A DNA stretch of 64,000 bases. It comes from Mizuhopecten yessoensis (taxonomy: Eukaryota). The DNA lies in the NCBI RefSeq assembly GCF_002113885.1, contig NW_018405538.1:37362-101361 (forward strand), written 5' to 3'. Below, piece after piece: positions 39,301-51,200 of the stretch. Under the pieces are notes generated by a model. That model made no database searches and was not told the DNA's origin. It saw nothing but the letters and a program-made list of their open reading frames with translations. The position numbers were made by a program, and so were the translations under genes. The stretch's first letter is position 1. Every line of letters starts with the position of its first letter.

Positions 39301-42300
39301 ACTAGCCTGATTTATACCATTGGAGTTACTGGGAGGATTAAGTAATATGGACTTGTGTGACACTAGTCTGATTTATGCCATTGGTGTTACTGGGCGGATT
39401 AAGAAGTGTGGACTTGTGTGACCCTAGTCTGATTTATACCACTGGTGTTACTGGGGGGATGAAGTAGTGTGGACTTGTATGACACTAGTCTGAGTTATAC
39501 CATTGGTGTTACTGGTGGGATGAAGTAGTGTGGACTTGTATGACACTAGTCTGAGTTATACCATTGGTGTTACCGACACTAGTCTGATTTAATACCATTG
39601 GTGTTACTTGGACTAGTCTGATTTATGCCATTGGTGTTAGGACTGGGCTGATTTATAAATGTACCATTGGTGTTACTGGGGCTACTCTGATTTATACCAT
39701 CGGTGTTACTGGGAGGATTAAGTAATATGGACTTGTGTGACACTAGACTGATTTATACCATTGGAGTTACTGGGAGGATTAAAGAGTGGGGACTTGTTTG
39801 ACACTAGGCTGATTTATACCATTGGCGTTACTGGGACTAGTCTGATTTGTACCATTGGTGTTACTGGTAGGATTAAGTAGCGAGGACTTGTGTGACACTA
39901 GACTGATTTATACCATTGGAGTTACTGGGAGGATTAAGTAGGGTGGACTTGTGTGACACTAGCCTGATTTATACCATTGGTTTTACTGGGACTAGTCTGC
40001 TTTATACCATTGGTGTTTCTGGGACTAGTCTGATTTTTACCATTGGTGTTACTGTGAGTAGTCTGATTTATACCAGTGGTGTTACTGGGACTAGGCTGAT
40101 TTATACCATTGGTGTTTCTGGGACTAGTCTGATTTGTACCATTGGTGTTAATGGGAGGATTAAGTAGTGTACTGGGGGGATTAAGTAGTTTGGACTTGTG
40201 TGACACTATTCTGATTTTTACCATTGGTGTTACTGGTAGGATTAAGTAGCGAGGACTTGTGTGACACTATTCTGATTTATACCATTTGTGTAACTGGTAG
40301 GATTTAGTAGTGTGGACTTGTGTGACACTCGTCTGATTTATACCATTGGAGTTACTGGGACTAGTCTGCTTTATACCATTGGTGTTACTGGTGGGATGAA
40401 GTAGTGTGGACTTGTGTGACACTAGACTGATTTATACCATTGGCGTTACTGGGACTAGTCTGATTTGTACCATTGGTGTTACTGGGGCTAGTCTGATTTA
40501 TACCGTTGGTGTTACTGGGAGGATTAAAGAGTGGGGACTTGTTTGACACTAGGCTGATTTATACCATTGGTTTTACTGGGACTAGTCTGTTTTATACCAT
40601 TGGTGTTAGTGGTAGGATTAAGTAGTGTTTACTTGTGTGACACTATTCTGATTTATACCATTGGCGTTACTGGGACTAGTCTGATTTTTACCATTGGTGT
40701 TACTGGCACTCTTGTGTGACACTATTCTGATTTTTACCATTGGTGTTACTGGCACTCTTGTGTGACACTATTCTGATTTATACCATTTGTGTAACTGGTA
40801 GGATTAAGTAGCGAGGACTTGTGTGACACTATTCTGATTTTTACCATTGGTGTTACTGCGGGGATTAAGTAGTGTGGACTGGTGTGACACTAGTCTGATT
40901 TATACCCTTGGTGTTACTGGGACTAGGCTGGTTTATACCATTGGTGTTTCTGGGACTAGTCTGATTTTTACCATTGGTGTTACTGGGCGGATTAAGAAGT
41001 GTGGACTTGTGTGACCCTAGTCTGATTTATACCATTGGTGTTACTGGGACTGGTCTGATTTATAAATGTACCATTGGTGTTACTGGGAGGATTAAGTAGT
41101 GTGGACTTGTGTGNNNNNNNNNNNNNNNNNNNNNNNNNNNNNNNNNNNNNNNNNNNNNNNNNNNNNNNNNNNNNNNNNNNNNNNNNNNNNNNNNNNNNNN
41201 NNNNNNNNNNNNNNNNNNNNNNNNNNNNNNNNNNNNNNNNNNNNNNNNNNNNNNNNNNNNNNNNNNNNNNNNNNNNNNNNNNNNNNNNNNNNNNNNNNNN
41301 NNNNNNNNNNNNNNNNNNNNNNNNNNNNNNNNNNNNNNNNNNNNNNNNNNNNNNNNNNNNNNNNNNNNNNNNNNNNNNNNNNNNNNNNNNNNNNNNNNNN
41401 NNNNNNNNNNNNNNNNNNNNNNNNNNNNNNNNNNNNNNNNNNNNNNNNNNNNNNNNNNNNNNNNNNNNNNNNNNNNNNNNNNNNNNNNNNNNNNNNNNNN
41501 NNNNNNNNNNNNNNNNNNNNNNNNNNNNNNNNNNNNNNNNNNNNNNNNNNNNNNNNNNNNNNNNNNNNNNNNNNNNNNNNNNNNNNNNNNNNNNNNNNNN
41601 NNNNNNNNNNNNNNNNNNNNNNNNNNNNNNNNNNNNNNNNNNNNNNNNNNNNNNNNNNNNNNNNNNNNNNNNNNNNNNNNNNNNNNNNNNNNNNNNNNNN
41701 NNNNNNNNNNNNNNNNNNNNNNNNNNNNNNNNNNNNNNNNNNNNNNNNNNNNNNNNNNNNNNNNNNNNNNNNNNNNNNNNNNNNNNNNNNNNNNNNNNNN
41801 NNNNNNNNNNNNNNNNNNNNNNNNNNNNNNNNNNNNNNNNNNNNNNNNNNNNNNNNNNNNNNNNNNNNNNNNNNNNNNNNNNNNNNNNNNNNNNGCATTG
41901 GTGTGACTGGGACTAGTCTGATTTATACCATTGGTGTTACTGGGAGTAGTCTGATTTATACCATTGGTGTTACTGCGACTAGTCTGATTTATACCATTGG
42001 TGTTACTGACACTACTCTGATTTATACCATTGGTATTATGGGGGGATTAAGTAGTGTGGACTTGTGTGACACTAGTCTGATTTATACCATTGGTGTTGCT
42101 GGGAGTAGTCTGATTTATACCATTGGTGTTACTGGGACTAGTCTGATTTATACCATTGGTGTTACTGACACTACTCTGATTTATACCATTGGTATTAATG
42201 GGGGGATTAAGTAGTGTGGACTTGTGTGACACTAGTCTGATTTATACCATTGGTGTAACTGGGGGGATTAAGTAGTCTGCACTTGTGCGACACTAGTCTG

Positions 42301-45300
42301 ATTTATACCATTGGTGTTACTGGGACTAGTCTGATTTATACCATTGGTGTTACTGACACTAGTCTGATTTATACCATTGGTGTAACTGGGGGGATTAAGT
42401 AGTCTGCACTTGTGTGACACTAGTCTGATTTATACCATTGGTGTTTCTGGGGGGATTAAGTAGGCTGCACTTGTGTGACACTAGTTTTATTTATACCATT
42501 GGTGTAACTGGGGGGTTTAAGTAGTCTGCACTTGTGTGACACTTGTCTGATTTATACCATTTGTTTTAATGGGACTAGTCTGATTTATCCCATTCGTGTT
42601 ACTGACACTAGTCTCATTTATACCATTGGTGTCACTGGCACTAGTCTGATTGATACCATTGGTGTTACTGTGACTAGTCTGATTTATCCCATTGGTTTTA
42701 CTGGGGGGATTAAGTAGGCTGCACTTGTGTGACACTAGTGTGATTTATACCATTGGTGGTTCTGGCACTAGTCTGATTTAAACCATTGGTGTTACTGGTA
42801 CTAGTCTGATTTATACTGTTGGTGTGACTGAGACTAGTCTGATTTAGACCATTGGTGTTACTGGTACTAGTCTAATTTATTCCATTGGTGTAACTGGGGG
42901 GATTAAGTAGGCTGCACTTGTGTGACACTAGTCTGAGTTATACCATTGGTGTTATTGACACTAGTCTGATTTATATCATTGGTGTTACTGACACAAGTCT
43001 GATTTATACCATCGGTGTTACTGGGAGGATTAAGTAGTGTGGACGTGTCTGACACTAGTCTGATTTATTCCATTGGTGTAACTGGGGGGATTAGGTAGTC
43101 TGCACTTGTGTGACACTAGTTTTATTTATACCATTGGTGTGTGACACTAGTCTGATTTCTACCATTTGTGTTACTGGCCCTAGTCTGATTTATACCGTTG
43201 GTGTTACTGGCACTTGTTTGATTTATACCATTGGTTTTACTGGGACTAGTCTAATTTATACCATTGGTGTTAATGACACTAGTCTGATTTATCCCATTCG
43301 TGTTACTGACACTAGTGTGATTTATACCATTGGTGTTGTTACTGACACTAGTCTGACTTATACCATTGGTGTTATTGGGACTAGTCTGTTTTATATCATT
43401 GGTGTTACTGGGAATTGTCTGATTTATTCCATTGGTGTTTCTGGGGGGATTAAGTAGTGTGGACTTATGTGACACTAGTCTGATTTCTACCATTTGTGTT
43501 ACTGGGACTAGTTTTATTTATACCATTGGTGTCACTGGCACTAGTCTGATTGATACCATTGTTGTTACTGTGACTAGTCTGATTTATACTATTGGTGTTG
43601 CTGGGACAAGTCTGATTTATACCATGGGTTTTACTGGGACTAGTCTAATTTATACCATTGGTGTAACTGGCACTAGTCTGATTGATACCATTGGTGTTAC
43701 TGGGAGGATTAAGTAGTGTGGACGTGTCTGACACTAGTCTGATTAATACCATTGGTGTTACTAGCACTAGTCTGATTTATTCCATTGGTTTTACTGGGAC
43801 TAGTCTGATCTATACCATTGGTGTTACGGGGACTAGTCTGATTTAGTCCATTGGTGTTTCTGGGACTAGTCTTATTTATTCCATTGGTGTAACTGGGGGG
43901 TTTAAGTAGTCTGCACTTGTGCGACACTAGTCTGATTTATCCCATTCGTGTTACTGACACTAGTTACTGGCACTAGTCTTATTACCATTGGTGTTACTGT
44001 GACTAGTCTTATTTATACCTGGGACTAGTCTGATTTACACCATTGGTGTTACTGGGATTAGTCTGATTTATACCGTTGATGTTACTGACACTAGTCTGCT
44101 TTATACCATTGGGGTTACTGGGGCTAGGCTGATTTATACCATTGGCGCTACTGACACTAGTCTGATCTATACCATTGGTGTTACAGGCACTAGTCTGATT
44201 TAAACCATTGGTGTTACTGGAACTAGTCTGATTTATGCCATTGGTGTTACTGGGGGGATTAAGTAGGCTGCACTTGTGTGACACTTGTCTGATTTATACC
44301 ATTGGAGTTTCTGACACTAGTCTGATTAATACCATTGGTGTTACTGAGACTAGTCTGATTTATACCAATGGTGTTACTGGGACTAGTTACTGACACTAGT
44401 CTTATTTATTCCATTGGTGTAACTGGGGGGATTAAGTGTCTGCACTTGTGTGACACTAGTATGATTTATACCATTGGTATTAATGGGGGGATTAAGTAGT
44501 GTGGTCTTGTGTGACACTAGTCTGAGTTATACCATTGGTGTTATTGACACTAGTCTGATTTACACCATTGGTGTTACTGGGCCTAGTCTGATTTATACCA
44601 TTTGTTTTAATGGGACTAGTCTGATTTACACCATTGGTGTTACTGGAACTAGTCTGATTTATGCCATTGGTGTTACTGGGTCTAGTCTGATTGATACCAT
44701 TGTTGTTACTGGGACTAGTATGATTTATACCATTGGTTTTACTGGCACTAGTCTGATTGATACCATTGTTGTTACTGTGACTAGTCTGATTTATCCCATT
44801 GGTTTTACTGGGACTAGTCTGATTTATCCCATTCGTGTTACTGACACTAGTCTTATTTATACTATTGGTGTTACTGGGAGGATTAAGTAGTGTGGACGTG
44901 TCTGACACTAGTCTGATTAATACCATTGGTGTTACTTACACTAGTCTGATTTATTCCATTGGTTTTACTGGGGGGATTAAGTAGGCTGCACTTGTGTGAC
45001 ACTTGTCTGATTTATACCATTGCTGTTACTGACACTAGTCCGATTTATACCATTGGTGGTTCTGGCACTAGTCTGATTGATACCATTGGTGTTACTGGCT
45101 AGTCTGATTTATACCAGTGTTGTTACTGGGACTAGTCCGATTTATACCGTTGGTGTTACTGGCACTAGCCTGATTTCTACCATTGGTGTTACTGACACCA
45201 GTCTGATTTATACCATGGGTTTTACTGGGACTAGTCTAATTTATACCATTGGTGTAACTGACACTAGTCTGATCTATACCATTGGTGTTACCGACACTAG

Positions 45301-46810
45301 TCTGATTTATGCCATTGGTGTTACTGGGAATTGTCTGATTTATTCCATTGGTTTTACTGGGACTAGTCTGATTGATACCATTGGTGTTACTAACACTAGT
45401 CTGATTTATAACATTGGTGTTACTGGGACCAGGCTGATTTATACCATTGGAGTTTCTGACACTAGTCTGATTTGTACCATTGGTGTTACTAACACTAGTC
45501 TGATTTATAGCATTGGTGTGACTGGGATTTGTCTGATTTATACCATTGGAGTTTCTGACACTAGTCTGATTCATACCATTGGTGTTACTTACACTAGTCT
45601 GATTTATGCCATTGGTGTAACTGGGGGGATTAAGTGTCTGCACTTGTGTGACACTAGTCTAATTTATACCATTGGTGTGACTGACACTAGTCTGATTTGT
45701 ACCATTGGTGTTACTAACACTAGTCTGATTTATTCCATTGGTTTTACTGGGGGGATTAAGTAGTGTGGTCTTGTGTGACACTAGTCTAATTTATACCATT
45801 GGTGTCACTGGCACTAGTCTGATTGATACCATTGTTGTTACTGGTACTAGTCTGATTTATACTGTTGGTGTGACTGAGACTAGTCTGATTTATATCATTG
45901 GTGTTACTGGGACGAGTCTGATTTAGACCATTGGTGTTACTGGGGGGATTAAGTAGTGTGGACGTGTGTGGAACTAGTCTGATTTATACTGTTGGTGTGA
46001 CTGGGACTAGTCTTATTTATCCCATTGGTGTTACTGACACGAGTCTGATTTATACCATTTGTTTTAATGGGACTAGTCTGATTTAGTCCATTGGTGTTTC
46101 TGGGGGGATTAAGTAGGCTGCACTTGTGTGACACTAGTGTGATTTCTACCATTGGTGTTACTGGTACTAGTCTGATTTATACTATTGGTGTTACTGACAC
46201 CAGTCTGATTTATACCATGGGTGTTACTGACACTAGCCTGATTTATACCATTGGTGGTTCTGGCACTAGTCTGATTTAAACCATTGGTGTTACTGGAACT
46301 AGTCTGATTTATGCCATTGGTGTTACTGGGACTAGTCTGATTTATACTGTTGGTGTGACTGGGACTAGTCTGATTTATACCATTGGTGTTACTGACACTA
46401 GTTTGATTGATACCATTGGTGTTAATGGCACTAGTCTGATTTATTCCATTGGTTTTACTGGCACTAGTCTGATTTAAACCATTTGTGTTACTGGGACTAG
46501 AATGATTTATACCATTGATGTTACTGACCCTAGTCTGATTTATACCTTTGGTGTTACTGGGAGGGAAGGAGCATGCAAATAGTCTGATTTATACAATTGG
46601 TGTTACTGACACCAGTCTGATTTATACCACTGGTGTTACTGACACTAGTCTGATTATACCATTGGGGTTACTGGCACTAGTCTGATTTATACCGTTGGTG
46701 TTACTGGCACTTGTTTGATTTATACCATTGGTGTTACTGGGACTAGTCTGATTTATACCGTTGGTGTTACTGGGAGGATTATACCATTGGTGTTACTGGG
46801 AGGAAAGGAG
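36379..46810. repeat. Intronic satellite C: 33-nt unit gggactagtctgatttataccattggtgttact plus a 61-nt unit adding ggattaagtagtgtggacttgtgtgac
   Basis: Direct periodicity; starts at the first base of the VAMP4 intron; contains an assembly gap. Confidence 0.97.
41114..41894. other. Assembly gap (N run) inside satellite C
   Basis: Run of N. Confidence 0.99.
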
Positions 46811-46986
46811 CATGCAAATAGTGCCGGTTTTAAAGATTTTGAAAATAAAAAGGACAACTGATTCACCTTTTGGTGGAAATTTCTCAGGAAATACCATTAC
46901 ATGTATAATGATTAACAGAACCAGCATATGTGTTTATGTAACATAGGTATCTTTTAGTTATAGCCCTTCTCCCCGGGTCTACTTTG

Positions 46987-47080
46987 CTGACATGTGTTGT
47001 TTACCTGACAGACATGTGTTGTTCACCTGACTGACATGTGTTGTTTACCTGACTGACATGTGTTGTTTACCTGGCTGACA
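46987..47080 (+). repeat. 23-nt tandem repeat (ctgacatgtgttgtttacctga-) x4 in the branch-point region before VAMP4 exon 4
   Basis: Direct repeats; each contains CTGAC. Confidence 0.85.
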
Positions 47081-47101
47081 TCTTGTTTGAATACTTGACA
47101 G

Positions 47102-47202
47102 ACTCCAGAACCAGGTGGATGATGTTGTTGGCATTATGAAGGATAACATGGGTAAAGTGATTGACCGCGGTGATCGCCTGGAGGATCTACAGGACAAATC
47201 TG
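47102..47202 (+). CDS. VAMP4: VAMP4 coding exon 4, R-SNARE motif (RLQNQVDDVVGIMKDNMGKVIDRGDRLEDLQDKS)
   Basis: Synaptobrevin-type motif with zero-layer Arg (IDRGD); ttgacag acceptor, G|gtaagt donor. Confidence 0.96.
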
Positions 47203-47380
47203 GTAAGTTACAGGGGGATCTACAGGACAAATCTCGTAAGTTCCAGGGGGATCTACAGGACAAATCTGGTAGGTTACAGGGGGATCTACAGGACAAATCT
47301 CGTAAGTTCCAGGGGGATCTACAGGACAAATCTGGTAAGTTACAGGGGGATCTACAGGACAAATCTGGTAAGTTACAGGG
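47183..47380 (+). repeat. 33-nt x6 tandem duplication of the exon-4 end plus 5' splice site
   Basis: ggatctacaggacaaatctg|gtaagttacaggg; GT at 47203, 47236, 47269, 47302, 47335 and 47368. Confidence 0.96.
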
Positions 47381-47721
47381 TGTACTTATAACAAATGTCA
47401 CGTCTGTCAGGTTTGATACAATATGTATAATCATGATATATGTGCTTTATATTTCTGCACTGATACATACATCTTCTTTACCCTTTGGTGTGCTGTGAAG
47501 GGGGAAAATTTGGCCTTGGTATAATTTTGCTCTGTTCAAAGTGAAGGGAAATTACATGTAGTTATATAATTATATGAAAAAACAGCACACGGACATACAA
47601 ATGTAGTTAACAGTATAAGTGTGTATACATAGGTGAATATCACAATGGTTAAGTTTTTCTTGAATTAATAGTCAGAAAAAAGGTTATTTTGCAATATTTC
47701 CTTAAAGTTTTTAATTCTTTT

Positions 47722-48049
47722 TACTTTCTACAATTCAGACAGCTTGGCTGGTAACTCTGATCTACTTTCTACATTTCAGACAGCTTGGCTGGTAACTCTG
47801 ATTTACTTTCTACATTTCAGACAGCTTGGCTGGTAACTCTGATTTACTTTCTACACTTCAGACAGCTTGGCTGGTAACTCTGATTTACTTTCTACATTTC
47901 AGACAGCTTGGCTGGTAACTCTGATTTACTTTTTACATTTCAGCCAGCTTGGCTGGTAACTCTGATTTACGTTCTACATTTCAGATATCTTGACTGGTAA
48001 CTCTGATTTACTTTCTACATTTCAGACAACTTGGCTGGTAACTCTGATT
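47722..48049 (+). repeat. 41-nt x8 tandem duplication of the 3' splice site plus exon-5 start
   Basis: tactttctacatttcag|acagcttggctggtaactctgatt; AGs end at 47738, 47779, 47820, 47861, 47902, 47943, 47984 and 48025. Confidence 0.96.
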
Positions 48050-48105
48050 TGTTTCGATCACGTTCTCGTGACCTGAGAAAAAACATGTGGTGGAAAAATT
48101 GCAAG
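48026..48105 (+). CDS. VAMP4: VAMP4 coding exon 5 (DNLAGNSDLFRSRSRDLRKNMWWKNCK)
   Basis: C-terminal SNARE half and juxtamembrane WWKNCK; donor gtaata. Confidence 0.94.
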
Positions 48106-48269
48106 GTAATAATTTGGTTAATCCGTATTTAAGGTAATTCTGTTTGATTCATTTTAAGGTAATGGTGTCAGCACATCCGTTTATGATACTAGTTTTACTT
48201 CAATGATGTTGATCTTTATTTATCTCAGACCAAAGTCAACAGAGCCCAACATGTCTTTGTAATAAACAC

Positions 48270-51200
48270 TCGGGATACCCCACTCCTCCTGGGGATACCC
48301 ACTCCATAGCTGTTTGTGTGACAACACCTGGGATACCCACTTCACAATTGCTGTTTGTGTGACAACACCTGGGATACCCACTCCATAGTTGCTGTTTGAG
48401 TGACAATACCTGGGATACCCACTCCATAGCTGTTTGTGTGACGACACCTGGGATACCCACTCCATATTGGCTGTTAGTGTGACAACACCTGGGATACCCA
48501 CTTCACAATTGCTGTTCGTGTGACCACACCTGGGATACCCCCTCCATAGTTGCTGTTTGTGTGACAACACCTGTGATACCCAATCCATAGTGGCTCTTTG
48601 TGTGATAACACCTGGGATCCCCACTCCATAGTTGCTGTTTGTGTGATAACCCCTGGGATACCCACTCCATAGTGGCTGTTTGTCTGACAACACCTGGGAT
48701 ACCCACTCCATACTGGCTGTTTGTGTGACAACACCTGGGATACCCACTCCATAGTTGCTGTTTGTGTGACAACACCTGTGATACCCACTCCATAGTGGCT
48801 CTTTGTGTGATAACACCTGGGATACCCACTCCATAGTTGCTGTTTGTGTGACAACACCTGGGATACCCACTCCATAGTGGCTGTTTGTGTGACAACACCT
48901 GGGATACCCACTCCATAGTGGCTGTTTGTGTGACAACACCTGGGATACCCACTCCATAGTGGCTGTTTGTGTGACAACACCTGGGATACCCACTCCATAG
49001 TGGCTGTTTGTGTGACAACACCTGGGATACCCACTCCATAGTGGCTGTTTGTGTGACAACACCTGGGATACCCACTCCATAGTGGCTGTTTGTGTGACAA
49101 CACCTGGGATACCCACTCCATAGTTGCTGTTTGTGTGACAACACCTGGGATACCCACTCCATAGTGGCTGTTTGTGTGACAACACCTGGGATACCCACTC
49201 CATAGTTGCTGTTTGTGTGACAACACCTGGGATACCCACTCCATAGTGGCTGTTTGTGTGACAACACCTGGGATACCCACTCCATAGTTGCTGTTTGTGT
49301 GACAACACCTGGGATACCCACTCCATAGTGGCTGTTTGTGTGACAACACCTGGGATACCCACTCCATAGTTGCTGTTTGTGTGACAACACCTGGGATACC
49401 CACTCCATAGTGGCTGTTTGTGTGACAACACCTGGGATACCCACTCCATAGTTGCTGTTTGTGTGACAACACCTGGGATACCCACTCCATAGTGGCTGTT
49501 TGTGTGACAACACCTGGGATACCCACTCCATAGTTGCTGTTTGTGTGACAACACCTGGGATACCCACTCCATAGTGGCTGTTTGTGTGACAACACCTGGG
49601 ATACCCACTCCATAGTTGCTGTTTGTGTGACAACACCTGGGATACCCACTCCATAGTGGCTGTTTGTGTGACAACACCTGGGATACCCACTCCATAGTTG
49701 CTGTTTGTGTGACAACACCTGGGATACCCACTCCATAGTGGCTGTTTGTGTGACAACACCTGGGATACCCACTCCATAGTTGCTGTTTGTGTGACAACAC
49801 CTGGGATACCCACTCCATAGTGGCTGTTTGTGTGACAACACCTGGGATACCCACTCCATAGTAGCTGTTTGTGTGACAACACCTGGGATACCCACTCCAT
49901 AGTGGCTGTTTTTGTGATAACACCTGGGATACCCACTCCATAGTTGCTGTTTGTGTGACAACACCTGGGATACCCACTCCATAGTGGTTGTTTGTGTAAC
50001 GATACCTGGGATACCCCACTCCATAGTTGCTGTTTGTGTGACAACACCAGGGATACCCCACTCCATAGTTGCTGTTTGTGTGACAACCCCTGGGATACCC
50101 CACTCCATAGTTGCTGTTTGTGTGACAACCCCAGGGATACCCCACTCCATAGTTGCTGTTTGTTTGACAACCCCTGGGATACCCCACTCCATAGTTGTTT
50201 GTGTGACAATACCTGGGATACCCCACTCCATAGTTGCTGTTTGTGTGGCAACACCTGGGAAACCCCACTCCATAGTTGTTTGTGTGAGAACACCTGGGAT
50301 ACCCACTCCATAGTTGTTTGTGCGACAACACCTGGGATACCCACTCCATAGCTGTTTGTGTGACAACACCTGGGATACCCACTCCATAGTTGCTGTTTGT
50401 GTGACAATACCTGGGATACCCCACTTCCACGTTGCTGTTTGTGTGACAACACCTGGGATACCCCACTTCGACGTTGCTGTTTTTGTGACAACACCTGGGA
50501 TACCCCACTTCCACGTTGCTGTTTGTGTGACAACACCTGGGATACCCCACTCCATAGTTGCTATTTGTGTGACAACACCTGGGATACCTCACTCCATAGT
50601 TGCTATTTGTGTGACAACACCTGGGAAACCCCACTCCATAGTTGTTTGTGTGACAACACCTGGGATACCCACTCCATAGTTGTTTGTGTGACAACACCTG
50701 GGATACCCACTCCATAGCTGTTTGTGTGACAACACCTGGGATACCCCACTCCATAGTTGTTTGTGTGACAATACCTGGGATACCCCACTCCATAGTTGCT
50801 GTTTGTGTGACAACACCTGGGATACCCCACTTCCACGTTGCTGTTTGTGTGACAATACCTGGGATACCCCACTTCCACGTTGCTGTTTGTGTGACAACAC
50901 CTGGGATACCCCACTTCCACGTTGCTGTTTTTGTGACAACACCTGGAATACCCCACTTCCACGTTGCTGTTTGTGTGACAATACCTGGGATACCCCACTT
51001 CCACATTGCTGTTTGTGTGACAACACCTGGGATACCCCACTTCCCCGTTGCTGTTTGTGTGACAATACCTGGTATACCCCTCTTTCACCTTGCTGTTTGT
51101 GCGACAATACCTGAGATACCCCACTTCCACGTTGCTGTTTGTGTGACAACACTTGGGATACCCCACTCCATAGTTGCTGTTTGTGTGACAATACCTGGGA

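Noticed and set aside
36804-46279. Thr/Gly-rich or Asn-rich ORFs resembling ice-binding or mucin repeats, including ORFs spanning the N gap
   Set aside because: 33-nt intronic satellite with frequent stops in the long unit; gap-spanning ORFs are artefacts
47115-47498. Stand-alone 127-aa synaptobrevin-like gene with its own hydrophobic tail
   Set aside because: It is VAMP4 exon 4 read through the donor array into the intron; a complete spliced model explains it, although intron retention cannot be excluded
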